Source: Macrostomum lignano
Taxonomy: Eukaryota
Assembly: GCA_002269645.1 (NCBI GenBank)
Contig: NIVC01002203.1
Span: 44,502 to 108,501 of the forward strand
Length of the DNA stretch: 64,000 nt
Direction of reading: 5' to 3'
Part shown: positions 23,056 through 37,100 of the stretch, piece by piece
Layout of the letters: each line of letters starts with the position of its first letter
Position numbering within the stretch: the stretch's first letter is position 1
Translations under genes and position numbers: made by a program
Notes under the pieces: model-generated
What the model saw: the letters and a program-made list of their open reading frames with translations, nothing else
Database searches by the model: none
Told to the model about the DNA's origin: nothing

Positions 23056-23965
23056 CTAGAAGACGCAACTGCTGCCCAGCTTGCCGCTGTCAACGCCCGC
23101 CGTAGCCGCCGCCGCCGCCGCCGCGGCCGCCAGCGCAGCAGCCGTTGTCGGCTTGCCGTTCTCTTCGTCCTCTTCGTCCTCGGTCTCGTCATCGTCTGGA
23201 AGCTCCTCGGAGGTGACGGCGGCGGCGGCCGCGGCGCACATAGCCTGATGGTAGTCGCCTGGAGAGCAGCTGCCGATGCGCTGGAAGTACTCCATGTGCT
23301 GCTGGTAGGCGAGCTGCTGCCCACCGCTGCCATAGTAGTCCACAGCGCCATCGAGATGCTGCTGCCTGTGCATCGACTGCTGAAGCTGCTGCTGCTGCTG
23401 CTGCTGCTGGTGATGGTGCATCGGCACAGGAATCGCGTACTGCACCTGCTGGTGCTGATGATGATGCGGTGGCTGCTGCTGCTGCTGCACCTGCGGCTGC
23501 GGACTCGGCGCCGAGTACATGTGCATCGGCAGGCCTATCGCGGCTGCTGCCGCGGCTGCCGCGGCGGACGCGCAGTCGCCGTACGGATAGTTCAAGTAGA
23601 TGCCACCGGGGCTGTAGCTGTCGCCGCCGCCGGCGCTGCCACAGTACTGCCTGGCATCGTACGGCTGACCATCCAGATAGCCGATCTGTCTGGCGCTGCT
23701 GTAGCCGGCAGCTGAGCCGTACTGCGACTGGATCGAATAGCTCCGATAGCCGTCGTCTCCGAGCACAGTCAGCTCTTCCAGAGTCGGCTGCGTTGAGGCC
23801 GGGTCGAAATGATCGACGATATGGTGATGCTGATGATGCTGATGATGGAGCTGCTGGAGCTGCTGCTGTTGCTGATGCTGATGGTTGGAAGACAGCGGCT
23901 GCTGGTGCTGATGAAGTTGAGGTTGCTGCTTCGGCGGCGGCTGCAGCGGCCCCATAATGAAGTCG

Positions 23966-24010
<45 letters not shown>

Positions 24011-24333
24011 AGGCCAATGACGTCAGCCGATCGATCAAATGACTGCGAGCCGCGAGCTGCCGTCTTCGAAGAGCCGCCGCCGCCACTGCCGCCGCTGCTG
24101 CCGCTGCTGCCTCCAGAGCCGCCGCTCTTGCCAGTTGAAGTCGCCTGGCGCGGCTGCGTGTCCGGGAAGGCCATGCTGTACAGGATCTCCGGGTCGCACA
24201 CAAACTTGTAGACGTACCGCTCGCCTGCCACCTTCTGCATGATGCCCTTCTCGTAGTAATAGCGCAGCGACCGGCTCAGCTTGTCGTAGTTCATGGCTGG
24301 CCGGTTCTTCTGAATGCCCCACAGCCGGGCCAC
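23056..24333 (-). CDS. pea3: PEA3/ETV1/4/5-family ETS factor, last exon (copy A)
   Basis: [54 protein letters not shown], the PEA3-type ETS C-half; CAG|GTG acceptor, phase 0. Confidence 0.95.
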
Positions 24334-24608
24334 CTGATGATTGATTGGGGTTGGGGTTGGGGCTCCACTCATACTGCACGGTGAGAGACGTGTCTGATTC
24401 TGCGTGTGTGCCAAGCATGACTGTAAATAGCGTTTCTGGAATTGCAAACATTATTTAATAATAGACTAGAATTGGGAAGAGATCGGGATTAAAGATACTG
24501 ACGACTCGTCTGTCCCAGAGAAATTTTGAATATCTTCAGCCCAATCTCTATGCCAAGATGAACAAATTTCTAATGATTATCGAGTAGGAAGTTTCGCTTG
24601 CAAGAATA

Positions 24609-24890
24609 CGAGTAGAGGAGAGAAGAGAGGAAAAGAGAGGAGAGAAGAGATGAGAGAGGATAGAGAAGAGAGGAGAGAGGAGAGAGGAGAAAGAAGGAAG
24701 GAGAGGAGAGAGAAGAAAGAGAAGAGAAGAAAGAGAAGAAGAGAGGAGAGAGAAGGAGAGAGAAATGATAGACGAGAGGAACGAGAAGAGAGGAGAGAAT
24801 AGATAAGAGGAGAGAGAAAAGAGAGGAGAGAGAAGAGAGAAAAGAGAGAAGAGAGATGAGGGGAGAGAAGAAAGAAAAGTGAAGCGAGAG
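24609..24890. repeat. GA-rich low-complexity tract in an ETS intron
   Basis: Polypurine tract. Confidence 0.85.
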
Positions 24891-24909
24891 TAGATCTGAG
24901 AAGAAGCAA

Positions 24910-25004
24910 TAAAAATTCAGCGGGCCGAATATTGTGTGAAGTTTTAAAGGACCCGAGGGCTGGATAGAGAGGCTTCCCTTCGGGCCGGAGTGTGCCGACC
25001 CCTG
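24910..25004 (-). mobile_element. hAT/Charlie-like terminal fragment
   Basis: Minus strand CAGGGGTCGGCACACTCCGGCCCG resembles Charlie-type TIR ends; the other end was not found. Confidence 0.35.
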
Positions 25005-25549
25005 TACTACAGCCTTATTGATGCTCAGGTGTCGCGCGCTGATTTTGATTATTAGCAAACTACTGTGGCGCGCCGGCGCTCTTCCTCCGCGGAACAGACA
25101 CGTGACCTGTCCCGGCCAGTGTCTTCTAGAAATTCTAGCAATAGCTATGGTCTGTTTGCATTCCCCCTTCCCTCCATGCGCCAGCTATAGCTCGGAGGAA
25201 GCTCAGGTGTTTGGGGATTATTAATATCCAGTCTGGCCGCCACGGCGGTGAACTGGACATTGCTGCAAATATTTTCTTCAAGACCGGCCCCCGGCACGCG
25301 TTTGCTTTCGCGCTGTCATCCGGTTTTGCCTGCTGAAATTTCTGCACAAAACTAAACAGATATTTGAGGGGGGGCGACTGGGACTCGAATCTCGGATAGC
25401 AAACAGCATTTTGTTTTCTATTTAGTTGGAAGCGGTAGCTTTTATTATTAAACAAGCCATTCACGGTTTCCGATCGGGGTGTTGAAATTCTAACAAAGTG
25501 AAATTGCTATATGAACCATACTTGGAATATTACATTTCTAAGAGTATGA

Positions 25550-26635
25550 AATCATACCGAAAATATGAAATTTCCAAGACTATTAAATCATGTTTGAAAT
25601 ATCAAATATGACATCTCCAAGAATGTTAACTATAGTGGATCATGAAATTTCCAAGAATATGAACTCATACCGAAAATATGAAATTTCTAAGAATTCAAAC
25701 TACACTGGAAATATGAAATTTCTAAGAATTCAAACTACACTGGAAATATGAAATTTCCAAGAATTTGAACTCATACCGAAAATATGAAATTTCTAAGAAT
25801 TCAAACTACACTGCAAATATGAAATTTCCAAGAATTTGAACTCATACCGAAAATATGAAATTTCTAAGAATTCAAACTACACTGCAAATATGAATTTTCT
25901 AAGAATTCAAACTACACTGGAAATATGAAATTTCTAAGAATTCAAACTACACTGGAAATATGAAATTTCCAAGAATTCAAACTACACCGGAAATATGAAA
26001 TTTCTAAGAATTCAAACTACACTGGAAATATGAAATTTCTAATAATTCAAACTACACTAGAAATATGAAATTTTTAAGAATTCAAACTACACTGGAAATA
26101 TGAAATTTCTAAGAATTCAAACTACACTGGAAATATGAAATTTCAAGAGTATGAACTGTACTGAAAATATGAATTTTAAACAGATAAGAATAACTGGAAA
26201 GATGAAATTTCTAAGAATTTAAACTACACTGGAAAGATGAAATTTCTAAGAATTCAAACTACACTGAAAATATGAAATTTCTAAGAATTCAAACTACACT
26301 GAAAATATGAAATTTCTAATAATTCAAACTACACTGGAAATATGAAATTTCTAAGAATTCAAACTACACTGGAAATATTAAATTTCTAAGAATTCAAACT
26401 ACACTGGAAATATGAAATTTCTAATAATTCAAACTACACTGGAAATATGAAATTTCTAATAATTCAAACTACACTGGAAATATGAAATTTCTAAGAATTC
26501 AAACTACACTGGAAATATGAAATTTCTAAGAATTCAAACTACACTGGAAATATGAAATTCCAAGAGTATGAACTATACTGAAAGTATGAATTTTAAACAG
26601 ATAAGAATAACTGGAAAGATGAAATTTCTAAGAAT
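25550..26635. repeat. 35-bp AT-rich minisatellite (GAAATATGAAATTTCTAAGAATTCAAACTACACTG)
   Basis: Direct tandem copies in an ETS intron. Confidence 0.93.
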
Positions 26636-27561
26636 ACAACCTAACTTCAAGCATAACAGGTGGGACCTGCAGTTAGTTAACCACAGGCAATATTGGTATT
26701 GAGTGTCAGTTTGACAGTTTCAATATGCAGAATTCTATCCCCAATTAGAAGCGGTTGTTAAGATCTGTCAGGCTGGTACAGGTGGGAGCTTGCAGCGGTG
26801 GTCAAGCTGATTCGAGGCCCAGATTATACAACCGATAGGAACACCTGCTGATCAATTTTCGACACAATAAATGTCTTCAAGCACTTGAGTCCGAATTCGA
26901 ATCTTAGGCCGGTGTCCATTTCACAAAACAGTGCGATTCTCGCAGAGCATCGTGGAGGCCTATTGAGCCAATGAAGAGTCTCCAGCTATGCTCATAATCC
27001 GGCCTTCTCTTATCAATATTGAGAAAGGTGGCCTTGGTATGGATACTCAAGCCCCCATAGGCCCTGACTGAGGGATAGATACTCCTAGCTGAAGGGCCGG
27101 AGGGCGGAGCGCGCGGGGACGGACGGGCGCAGACCCCTCTCGAAGATCAATGCTCCCCTAATTAGAGGACTTCTCTGGTGGCTTAGATTTTAAGCCTCAG
27201 ATAACAGGGAGCTGAGGATTGAGAAGCTGAAGACTCGCAGAGTTGAAAGAGGATTTCGGCGCGAACGCCCCTGGACACGGGGGTGAATTAATGAAAATTT
27301 TGCTGCTTTCCCCAGCCTAGGCTAGGGGCCATTAAACTAATGAAACTCAGTCAGCATCTCCCTGATCCTCAGCGAGAGTCACTGCGGGCCGGCTCACTCT
27401 AACCAGTTTGTATAAAAATAATAATCATAATCCGTTAAAACTCTGTTCAAGACCAGCCAGTCTGAGACCCCGCGGCCTGCGGTTTGAGGAAAAGCAAATT
27501 TTCAATTAATTAAAACACGATTAGCTAGGGAGAGGAGGAGCTGTTTTTTGCTTCATCATTT

Positions 27562-28233
27562 TAGTCTAACAATCTCAAAGTCTAGTCTCGCAATCTCAGC
27601 GTCTAGCCTCGCAATCTCAAAAAAAATCTCACAATCTCAAACTCTAGTCTCACAATCTCTGCGTCTAGTCTCACAATCTCAAACTCTAGTCTCACAATCT
27701 CAGCGTCTAGTCTCACAATCTCAAACTCTAGTCTCACAATCTCAAAGTCTAGTCTCACAATCCTACACTCTAATTCCACAATCCCACACTCTAGTCTCAC
27801 AATCTTAAACACTAGTCTCACAATCTCAAAGCCTAGTCTCCCAATCTCAAAGCCTAGTCTCCCAATCTCAAAGCCTAGTCTCCCAATCTCAAAGCCTAGT
27901 CTCCCAATCTCAAAGCCTAGTCTCCCAATCTCAAAGCCTAGTCTCCCAATCTCAAAGTCTAGTCTCACAATCCCGCACTCTAAGTCACAAATCTCACACT
28001 CTAGTCTCACAATTCTACACTCTAGTCTCACAGTCCCACACTCTAGTCTCACAATCCTACACTCTAGTCTCACAGTCCCACACTCTAGTCTCACAGTCCC
28101 ACACTCTAGTCTCACAATCCTACACTCTAGTCTCACAGTCCCACACTCTAGTCTCACAATCCTACACTCTAGTCTCACAGTCCCACACTCTAGTCTCACA
28201 ATCCCGCACTCTAGTCTCACAGTCCCACACTCT
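27562..28233. repeat. 21-bp minisatellite (CTAGTCTCACAATCTCAAACT family)
   Basis: Direct tandem copies next to the ETS donor site. Confidence 0.92.
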
Positions 28234-28252
28234 AGAGTCCCGCCAGTCTCAC

Positions 28253-28614
28253 CTCCTCAGGCTCAATGAGCTTGAACTCCATCTCTTTGCCAGTCCAGCA
28301 GATGCAGCCGCCGCTGCCGGGGTCGTCCAGCAGGGTGACGAGAAACTGCCACAGCTGCAGGGAGCCGCGCCTGTTCGGTTGGCCACCCAGGGCTGCGGCC
28401 GCCCGGCGCAAACTGCAGTGAGCGGCTGCGGCGGCTGCTGCGGCTGCGGCAGCTGCCGAATCGGCTGGCTTGGCTTCTTGCTGATGATGAGGCTGCTGCT
28501 GCTGCTGCGGCGGAGGCTGGGCCAAGTGGTGATGATGATGAGGATGATGGTTAGGTGTTGAGAAGGCGGTGAAGTAGCTGTCAGATTTGCAGTGTCGCAC
28601 CTGGTGCAGATTGG
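28253..28614 (-). CDS. pea3: PEA3-family ETS factor, exon with the ETS N-half (copy A)
   Basis: RRGSLQLWQFLVTLLDDP...WTGKEMEFKLIEPEE; TTTTAG|CC acceptor (phase 1), GAG|GTGAG donor (phase 0). Confidence 0.93.
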
Positions 28615-29019
28615 CTAAAATTGATAGATATGTATATAGAAATGCATCTCAGTCAGTGGTGTCTCAATTTACCAAACAGACAGAAACATTCACGGAGATC
28701 TCACCTGCTGACTCAGGCGTCACTGCAGCCTGATCCCCGAGTTGACCAGCTGAAAAATTGGGAGATTTCAACAGAATTAAGGAATTATCCCAAAATTCTT
28801 TTGCCAGGGGTTTGGACAAGAGGATAAAGTATTTTATAGAGCATTTATTTCCTCGAAATCTTTTATCAACAGCATCACCATCAAGCAACCTTTGAAATCC
28901 ATAAGCATAATCCATAGCCAAAGTTGCTCAGGTCCTTCAAAAATTCTACAGCTTCTCAAATATCGGCAAAACCTTCTCAAACCTTTTTAACTTCCTCAAA
29001 CTCCCCCCAGACTCCCAAA

Positions 29020-29440
29020 AAGCTTCCAAAAACTTCCCCCAAGCTTCCATGAACTTCCCTCCAGCTTCCCCCAAGCTTCCAAAAACTTCCCTCAAGCTTC
29101 CATGAACTTCCCTCCAGCTTCCCCCAAGCTTCCAAAAACTTCCCTCAAGCTTCCATGAACTTCCCTCCAGCTTCCCCAAGCTTCCAAAAACTTCCCTCAA
29201 GCTTCCATGAACTTCCCTCCAGCTTCCCCCAAGCTTCCATGAACTTCCCTCCAGCTTCCCCCAAGCTTCCATGAACTTCCCTCCAGCTTCCCCAAGCTTC
29301 CATGAACTTCCCTCCAGCTTCCCCCAAGCTTCCATGAACTTCCCTCCAGCTTCCCCCAAGCTTCCATGAACTTCCCTCCAGCTTCCCCCAAGCTTTCATG
29401 AACTTCCCTCCAGCTTCCCCCAAGCTTCCATAAACTTCCC
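29020..29440. repeat. 32-bp minisatellite (CTTCCATGAACTTCCCTCCAGCTTCCCCCAAG)
   Basis: Direct tandem copies. Confidence 0.92.
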
Positions 29441-29984
29441 TCAGACTTTCCCACAGGTTTCCTCTAAACTCCCCCAAGACTCCCTACCCCAAGCCACGCA
29501 TTCCGCCTGACCAGCAAACCTAATCAAATCCCACCAGATAGAAATTTTGAAACCGCAAATTTCAGCAACTGACTGGCTGCTATACTGCCCCGCCGCCTCG
29601 CCCTCTCCCCTCTGTCCGTAGGGAACGCAGGTAGGGCCGGGTTTCACTCGCAGCAGCAATAAGCCAGCAGAATTTTGACTCTCTTTTCAGGAAATGAGTT
29701 TTTCTTCAAGCCCTCCTCCCGGCTGCAAAGCTGCTTTGCTGACTTCTGAGTCGCCAACTCCCCCCCCCGCCTAGGCGCTGGGATCGGATTGCATCGAAGG
29801 AGGAGAAAATTCAGTAAATCCGAAATCGCACAAATCACTGGGTTTAGCTGCCTCTGATGATGATGATGTTGTTGATGAACCGCTGCTTGACTGCACTGGA
29901 ATTAGAAGGCCTGATATCGGTGGCCCGCCCACAGCCCTGGCGCCCCCTTCCCCCAGCGGGGGCCCCGTCCCAGACTCGCCGCAC

Positions 29985-30197
29985 CTGTCCGCTCAGCCGT
30001 CAGCTCGTCCAGTTCCAGCTCCATCGCCGTGGCGGCCGGAGGAGCTGAAGATGTCGCTTCGTCGGCAAGCTCGGAGTCTGCGGGCTGCGCGACTTCGTCA
30101 TCATCTTCTTCTTCTTCTTCTTCGTCTTCGTCCACGTCGTCTTCTGCGTCGTCTCCGACTGCCCCGTTGAAGCTGCTTGGACTGCGGTCGGAGCAGC
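29985..30197 (-). CDS. pea3: PEA3-family ETS factor, acidic exon (copy A)
   Basis: 213 nt, phase 1-1, GCSDRSPSSFNGAVGDDAEDDVDEDEEEEEEDDDE...; phase-compatible with the flanking exons. Confidence 0.7.
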
Positions 30198-30204
30198 CTG
30201 CGCG

Positions 30205-30840
30205 GAGAGTGACATTGGGGAGAGTGACATTAGGGAGAGTGACATTGGAGAGAGAGACATTGGATAGAGAGGGATTGAGGAGAGTGAAATTGGAGAGAGT
30301 GGCACTGTAGAGAGAGTGACACTGCAGAGAGAGTGACACTGTAGAGAGAGTGACAGTGCAGAGAGAGTGACACTGCAGAGAGAGTGACACTGTAGAGAGA
30401 GTGACACTGCAGAGAGAGTGACACTGTAGAGAGAGTGACACTGCAGAGAGAGTGACACTGTAGAGAGAGTGACGCTGAATAGTGACATTGAGTAGAGCGA
30501 TGACACTGAGGAGAGAGTGAGACTGAGTAGTGTGACACTCAGTAGAGTGACACCGATTTTAGGGACACTAAGGGGAGGGTGACACTGAGGAGAGAGTGAC
30601 ACTGAGGAGAGTGATACTGAGTAGAGTGACACTAAAGAGAGAGTGACACTGAGGAGAGTGACACTGAGTAGAGTGACACTAAGAAGAGAGTGACACTGAG
30701 GAGAGAGTGACACTGAGGAGAGAGTGACACTGAGGAGAGTGATACTGAGTAGAGTGACACTAAAGAGAGAGTGACACTGAGTAGAGTGACACTGAGTAGA
30801 GTGACACTGAGTAGAGTGACACTGAGTAGAGTGACACTGA
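30205..30840. repeat. 15-20-bp GAGAGTGACACTG minisatellite
   Basis: Direct tandem variants. Confidence 0.9.
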
Positions 30841-31487
30841 GGTGAGCAACATTGTGGAGAGTGTCCTATCCAATACAAGAGTGGCATTTTCGCGTGTGAC
30901 ATCCAAGAGGGCAATCTCTCATTTCTCGGATTTGTAGTGTTCGAATTTCTATAATTCAACAGTTTAAAAGTTATTTTTTAATAACTTCTGAAACAGACAT
31001 CCGACAGATTTCAAATAAAAACTCGCCAAAATCCTGGCTTTGTTTCTTTAGCAAAAAAGCAGAATTTAAGCAGGCAAAAATCAGGAGAATTTCAAGCCAA
31101 ACCCCCCAATTCCAGCCAGCCGGTGCCCCCCTCCCCAGTCCACCTGGAGCAAATGGTGGAGCTTTTTTCAATTCTAAAGCCTCAACCAGTCGTTAATTGT
31201 TGCGGGGTCGGGCTATCGGATCCAGAAAAACGATTTATGACACAATTGCAGACAGGCAGCCAGTCCCGTGTCGAGTTCTCGAGTTAAACCAGACCATAAT
31301 TCAAGTCAGTCAGCCGATGCCCCAGCTCCAACCTTCAAACCCCGGCTCGCTCTGCTCTTGATTAGGGATTTTTGAGCACAGTTTTTTAAATCAGATGATT
31401 TTTTTGTGGACTGATGCCCTCCGTTCCTCCGCGTTACGGACGGGACTGAACGAGACTCGATAACCGTTTACTCTGGTCTCTGCTTCC

Positions 31488-31685
31488 CCCTCTTCTCACC
31501 CTCTCTTCTCCCTCTCTCACCCTCTCTTCTCCCTCTCTCACCCTCTCTTCTCCCCTTTCTCATCCTCTCTTCTCCCCTTTCTCATCCTCTCTTCTCCCCT
31601 CTCTCATCCTCTCTTCTCCCTTTCTCACCCTCTCTTCTCCACTTTCTCACCCTCTCTTCTCCACTTTCTCACCCTCTCTTCTCTC
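31488..31685. repeat. CT-rich ~20-bp tandem repeat
   Basis: CTCTCACCCTCTCTTCTCCC units. Confidence 0.85.
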
Positions 31686-32532
31686 CTATTTTTCTCTGAA
31701 TAATCAGCAGAGAAGAAAAAAAGCAGAGTTCACAAGCCATATCCATGAAGCATTCTTCAAACCAGTCAGCCCCTGTCACTGCACACCAGGCCACGCATAC
31801 GAGCCCCTCGCATGCCCTTCACATACGACCCGCAGCCATTGTCCCTCCCACGGAGCCTTGTGAGAAGCCCCGTTTTCTCAGAAACACATGGTCCAGCTGC
31901 ATCCTCAATAAATGCCAGCGCCTCTGCCCCCCGCTCCTCTCTCTCTCTCAGTCTTATAGCTACTCTGCCTTGCCTTCCCCCTCTAGTGTCCCCAGAGCCT
32001 AATATTCAATCATAATTCTTGACTCCGCTCTCGCAGGTAGACAAAATCTGAAGGGCTGTTGAGCAGCATTAGTTGAGCTCAATGACTCTACAGAGGTGAC
32101 TATAAACAGACAGGGGGGAGCTATAGAATTCAACCTGTGGCTTTCTTTCTGCTTATACTAGACTGCTTTTTGTTGTTATTGAAGCTCGACTTTCGTTTAT
32201 GTTTAGGTTTAGGTTTAGGTTTAGATTTAGATTTATATTTAGGTCAGGCAGCTAATCCAAACCAAATATTCAGTCCAAGCTTTTGAGCAATTAGGGCAGT
32301 TCTGAGATGGAGATCATTTGATTAACGATTGAGACTCGTGGACTTCTAAATTGCGTACAGCATATGGATTGGAAGCTCTATAAAAGTTAACAGGGACGTT
32401 GGCTACACACACTTCTCTTAAAACAGTTGGTGCGCTTCCAATCCATATTACTCAATATTTTTTTGAAAGTCCATGGACATTTGCAGGAGGGCTGTAGCGT
32501 TCTTTGCACACACGCGCACGCACAACACAAAC

Positions 32533-32736
32533 CTTTTGACGCCACGGTTCCTCTGGCTTCAATGAAGGCCTCCATCGGTCCGCCGCCGCTGCCGCCGGGC
32601 TCCATGGCCTCCAGGCTTTTTATGTAGTGCGACAGGCCGAAACTGTTGGCGGCTGCGGCTGCGGTGGCTTTTGATGCCGAGTCGCCCTCGGCATAGCTGT
32701 TGAAACTGGAATTCATTTGTTTAAGAAAGTATGGCA
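32533..32736 (-). CDS. pea3: PEA3-family ETS factor, putative upstream exon (copy A)
   Basis: 204 nt, phase 1-1, xPYFLKQMNSSFNSYAEGDS...ASK; CTAACAG acceptor; joins in frame to the acidic exon. Confidence 0.55.
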
Positions 32737-32775
32737 CTGTTAGTTATTAATGACAATTAAAAACAAAATGGCATG

Positions 32776-32988
32776 ATAATAATAATTATGGGCAGATGTG
32801 CCACCGACAGCTCAGGCTGCGTACAGTCTAAGGACTGCAGGCACCCATTTTACAGCTGGGTGAACACTGAAGCAATGCAGAGTTAAGTGTCTTGCTCAAT
32901 TAGGACACAAATTGTTCCAAGTGGGACGAGAATCGAACCCCCGACCTTTCAGTCGTGAATCCGAAGCTCGAACCACTGGGCTACAACC
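32776..32988 (-). mobile_element. tRNA-derived SINE with a CORE/Meta-like central domain (copy A)
   Basis: Reverse complement of 47355-47567. Confidence 0.8.
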
Positions 32989-35647
32989 TAATAAAAACAC
33001 ATGATCAGTTCAATCCCAAAAATGGCACCGATCAGAGACAAAATGATCACGCCAGAAAATGGCACCATAAAGATAGAAGGAAAAAAGTGACACAAAATGA
33101 CACAAAATGGTCAAATAAGGATTTACTGACTCTTGCACGCGATAATGAGAGTTTCCAGCTTTTAGCCGGGCAATACTCGAACTGCCCGAACGAGTTTCTC
33201 ATCTCTCCCCTATTTAACAGCCGGTCAGTCCAGCCTTGCTGCTCCAGTTTCTCCCGCTGATAAAAATGACAGTTGCTGTCAAGAGCGAGCGGCAATGGGG
33301 GGGAGTGAATGAGGAAGAGCGGGAGATCTGACGAGATAAAGGGCGCGGGACACGAGAGCTGACCATGCTCAGATGGGGAAGTTCGCCCATAATTGAGGAG
33401 ATGCTTGGCTAGCGTGAGGCGCAGGGACACAGAGAGAGACTGCAAAAGGAGATTTAGCGAAAGTTCCGAGTCCCAGCGCTATGCAGTTTAGAGATTTCAA
33501 AATTTATTGTTAAATGAAATGGTAATAATGTTGAATAACCGTTTATGCCTGTGTGCAGCGAGAAGCTCGGGTGCAGCTTCACCGGCTCGCGAATTAAACA
33601 AGCCGGTTTCATAAGCCCAATGATAATTGCTGGGGCCAAAGAGCCCCTGGCAGGGTTTTTAGACCGCCGGCTGCATGGGGCTATCATCTCCGATTCTCAA
33701 GTCATAAATTGTTTTTCCGTGAACTGGCCGCCGCCGAGCTGGTGGGCTGGGGCTCTCAGATGGCAGCAGAGACAAGACGAGAGAGGGGAGGGGAGTGGGG
33801 AGAATAATGGGGAGTTTTTGGGAGAGCTGGATGGAGAGAGGGGGGCCTGGGTGCGCACGAATAACTGCTGATGGATGAGGTCCAGAGGAGGCCCTCCAAT
33901 TATCTCCCCAATTATCTTCTGCCTGTTGCTCCGGAGTGGCGCACAGTGAGAGAGCTGGCTCAGTGTTTAAACAGCACTGGGGCGACTGCATGAAAAACTC
34001 TTGGCCAGAGCCCAGATATAGTTTTGAGACAAATACAATATATCGAAGTATATAGTCCCCAGCCTCATATCGATAATGTAGCAGCATTTTTAACCGTTTT
34101 TTTATTGTGCCACCATTAGCATGGATGCCGTTTTACAGAGCAGACCCAACTCAGTGCTCAGTGTCCGGCAAAAACGACCGATCACTCCCTTGAGGATTAG
34201 CTGGCCCAGCGTCTCCCAAACAACTCTCTCTCTCTCCATCTCTTGGGACTAATTACACGGGAGGCCGGCCACTCCCCATTCTCAGCTTGTGTTCGATCAA
34301 TCAATTATTTTCAAGTTTATATCCTACTGCACCGTGGAAGTTGCTGATCTTAATCGGTTCGGTCTTGAGCACACAGGCACATACAAGCCGAAGCCAAACT
34401 CAGCACAGTTATAGTAGCAAGGCAAACCTAAGGTGCGTCCCCACTATATAATCTGTACACTTCCGGTTGCCTGCTGTCGGCCTGGCATCCCTTATTGACA
34501 ACATTCGATGACTTTTTACGTCTAAGAGAGCCGTCCGTCGCATAGAGATGCGTGTGTGCTCAGAGCATGCAGAAGCAGTAGTTTTGTTTGTATCCGGGGG
34601 AGGGGGTGCACAGGGTTAACGCGCTCGTGGTAATTCGATATCGCTCCCGGTGAGCAAACATGTGGGAATGGCGCTAATCTATCGCTGATTCAGTTTTTAA
34701 AAACGATTTCCTCTCTCTCTTCTCAGCCTCAAGAAATTATCCTAAGCAATAAATTTGCAGTCACGCGCGCGAAAATTTAATAGAGTGACGTCACTCGATA
34801 ATTCATATAGCAATCTTTGCTCAATGTTATTGACCGGCCCTGAAGCAGGGGTGAGAAATACCTGTGCAGACAGGGAATTAAGAGATGTTTGCTCAAGTTT
34901 TCAGTGGACACGGGCTGGTAGATAAGGTTTCGATCATGCCGCTCGATAATAGCGCAGCTCAACTTTAATCTTTAATAGCCTGGGCTATAAAACTAAGAGA
35001 AACAGAAGCTGCACAACCAGAGAAGTAGACAGATTTTGTGGAGAGGGAGACAGAGAAGTAGACAATAATCGAATGCAATTTAAAAGCTTACCTGCTGACC
35101 CGCTGGCAACCGGCTCCGTGGCTCATGGTAGGCAAAAAAACTCTCTAGCTCAGCCGAAAAAGTGCTTATTGCTTATTTAAATCTGGCGGGTGACTAACGC
35201 AAAATTAAAGTCGACAGAGCGAGCGCAGAGTTTGCTCAGGTGTTGAAATAGGGGTGCTCAGGATTTTCCAGTTTTGAGTTGGGCTCCGCCACTTTTGGGA
35301 GAATTATTCCTCCTGAGCTCCCCCACCCCCAGCCCCGGTGATCCCATCCAAGCGGGGCGTCTGCCCTGCCAGAATGAGTAGCTTACTGAGCACGAGGGGA
35401 GAGTGTGAGGGAAGAATTAGTCGGTGGGGATCTGGCTTAACGGAGGCCGGCCGCTGCGGCGGCGGAGGCGGCTGGCTTGATGCGGGAGCTCTCCTATTGG
35501 AGGGAGGCTGGAGGGACGGATGAAGCGCCGATATAATTTTCCCACCGGCTAATCTATCCAAGGATACAGCAATCTGCTTCTAGCTCCTTCCCCAAAAGGC
35601 CTTTGTAGATGCATCCCGGCAGTTTCCTGGCTCTGGAGAATGGTGGC

Positions 35648-36112
35648 GCTGGAGAATGGGAATGGCACAGGGATCAGTGGAATGGCACAGAAGATCTGGG
35701 GAATGGCACAGGGGATCTGGGGAATGGAACAGGGATCAGGAAAATGGCACAGGGATTTGTGTAAGGTCACAGGGGTCTGGGGAACGGCACAGGGGCCTGA
35801 GAATGGCACAGGGATTTGTGTAAGGTCAAAGGGATCTGGAAAGTGGCACAGGTGTCTGGGGAATGGCACAGGGATCAGGAAAATGGAACAGGGATCAGGA
35901 AAATGGCACAGGGATCAGGGGAATGGCACAGGAATCGGAATGCACAGGGATCTGGAAATGGCACAGGGATCTGGAAAATGGCACAGGGATCTGGAGAATG
36001 GCACAGGGATCAGGGGAATGGCACAGGGATCTGGAGAATGGCAGGTGTCTAGGGAATGCAGAGGGATCTGGAGAATGGCACAGGGATCAGGGAATGGCAC
36101 AAGGATCTGAGG
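35648..36112. repeat. 20/21-bp minisatellite (GAATGGCACAGGGATCTGGG)
   Basis: Direct tandem variants. Confidence 0.9.
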
Positions 36113-36787
36113 AGTGACAGGAATGACAACTTGCTGAAACAATTAACAAACCAATAATTATACATTGATAACGCTACAGGGGGGGGGGGCAAAAATAGCT
36201 GATATCTGCTGGGAGAGCATTTCCTGTAGGAGGAGTTGCTCCCAGTTTTCTGGCCGCCTGACGCCATTCTTCACGAATTTCAGGAAGTAATAAAATAATT
36301 ATGGATTTGACGAATGCCCAAGGCCAAGACGGTCCGGGATCTGGGTCGCTAACGGCTTTCAACCCACCCTCCTAACAAAGATTTCGAATACCTTTTGTCA
36401 TATCCATATTTATTTTTCGGCCGAATCAGCAAGCTTCGCTTCAAACAGCGGCAATTTGGATAAAAATTATTTTATAATTTTTTTCACAACCTATAAACCG
36501 CTAGGGAGTCTAGATTTTTTATTCTGTTTTATATTGTTGCATATTCCTTCTAGCTGCAGCTTTGCTGGAATTACCGGGCAGGTCGAGTGTGACGAAAATC
36601 ATAAATCAGAGAAGCCTGTTTTAGCAGAAATTCGACAGGGGACCATGGAAGAAATTATTGGATTTTATTTACGAATGCTTTCTGTCCCAAACAGCCTACT
36701 TTCAGTAAAAGATAAGTGCTAATCGCTGAAAATCGCAAAAAAATTTCCAAAACAGTTCTCATACTCATTTTTTCTCCGTATTTCTCA

Positions 36788-37100
36788 TTCTCATTACATG
36801 AATTCTCATCTTATTCTCATTACATGAATTCTCATCTTTATTCTCATATACCTGAATTTCTCATCTTTATTCCCATATACATGAATTCTCATCTCATTCT
36901 CATGTACATGAATTCTCATCTTTATTCTCATATACATGAATTCTCATCCTTATTCTCATATACCTGAATTCTCATCTTATTCTCATATACATGAATTCTC
37001 ATCCCTTATTCTCATATACACTGAATTCTCATCTTATTCTCATATACATATACATGAATTCTCATTCTTATTCTCAAATACCTGAATTCTCACCCTCATT
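36788..37100. repeat. ~28-bp minisatellite (CATGAATTCTCATCTTATTCTCATATA)
   Basis: Direct tandem variants. Confidence 0.9.

Noticed and set aside
27548-30959. RLECGIV, GGSWREVHGSL and SVTLS ORFs (and their mirrors at 49388-52830)
   Set aside because: Translations of intronic minisatellites of the ETS gene
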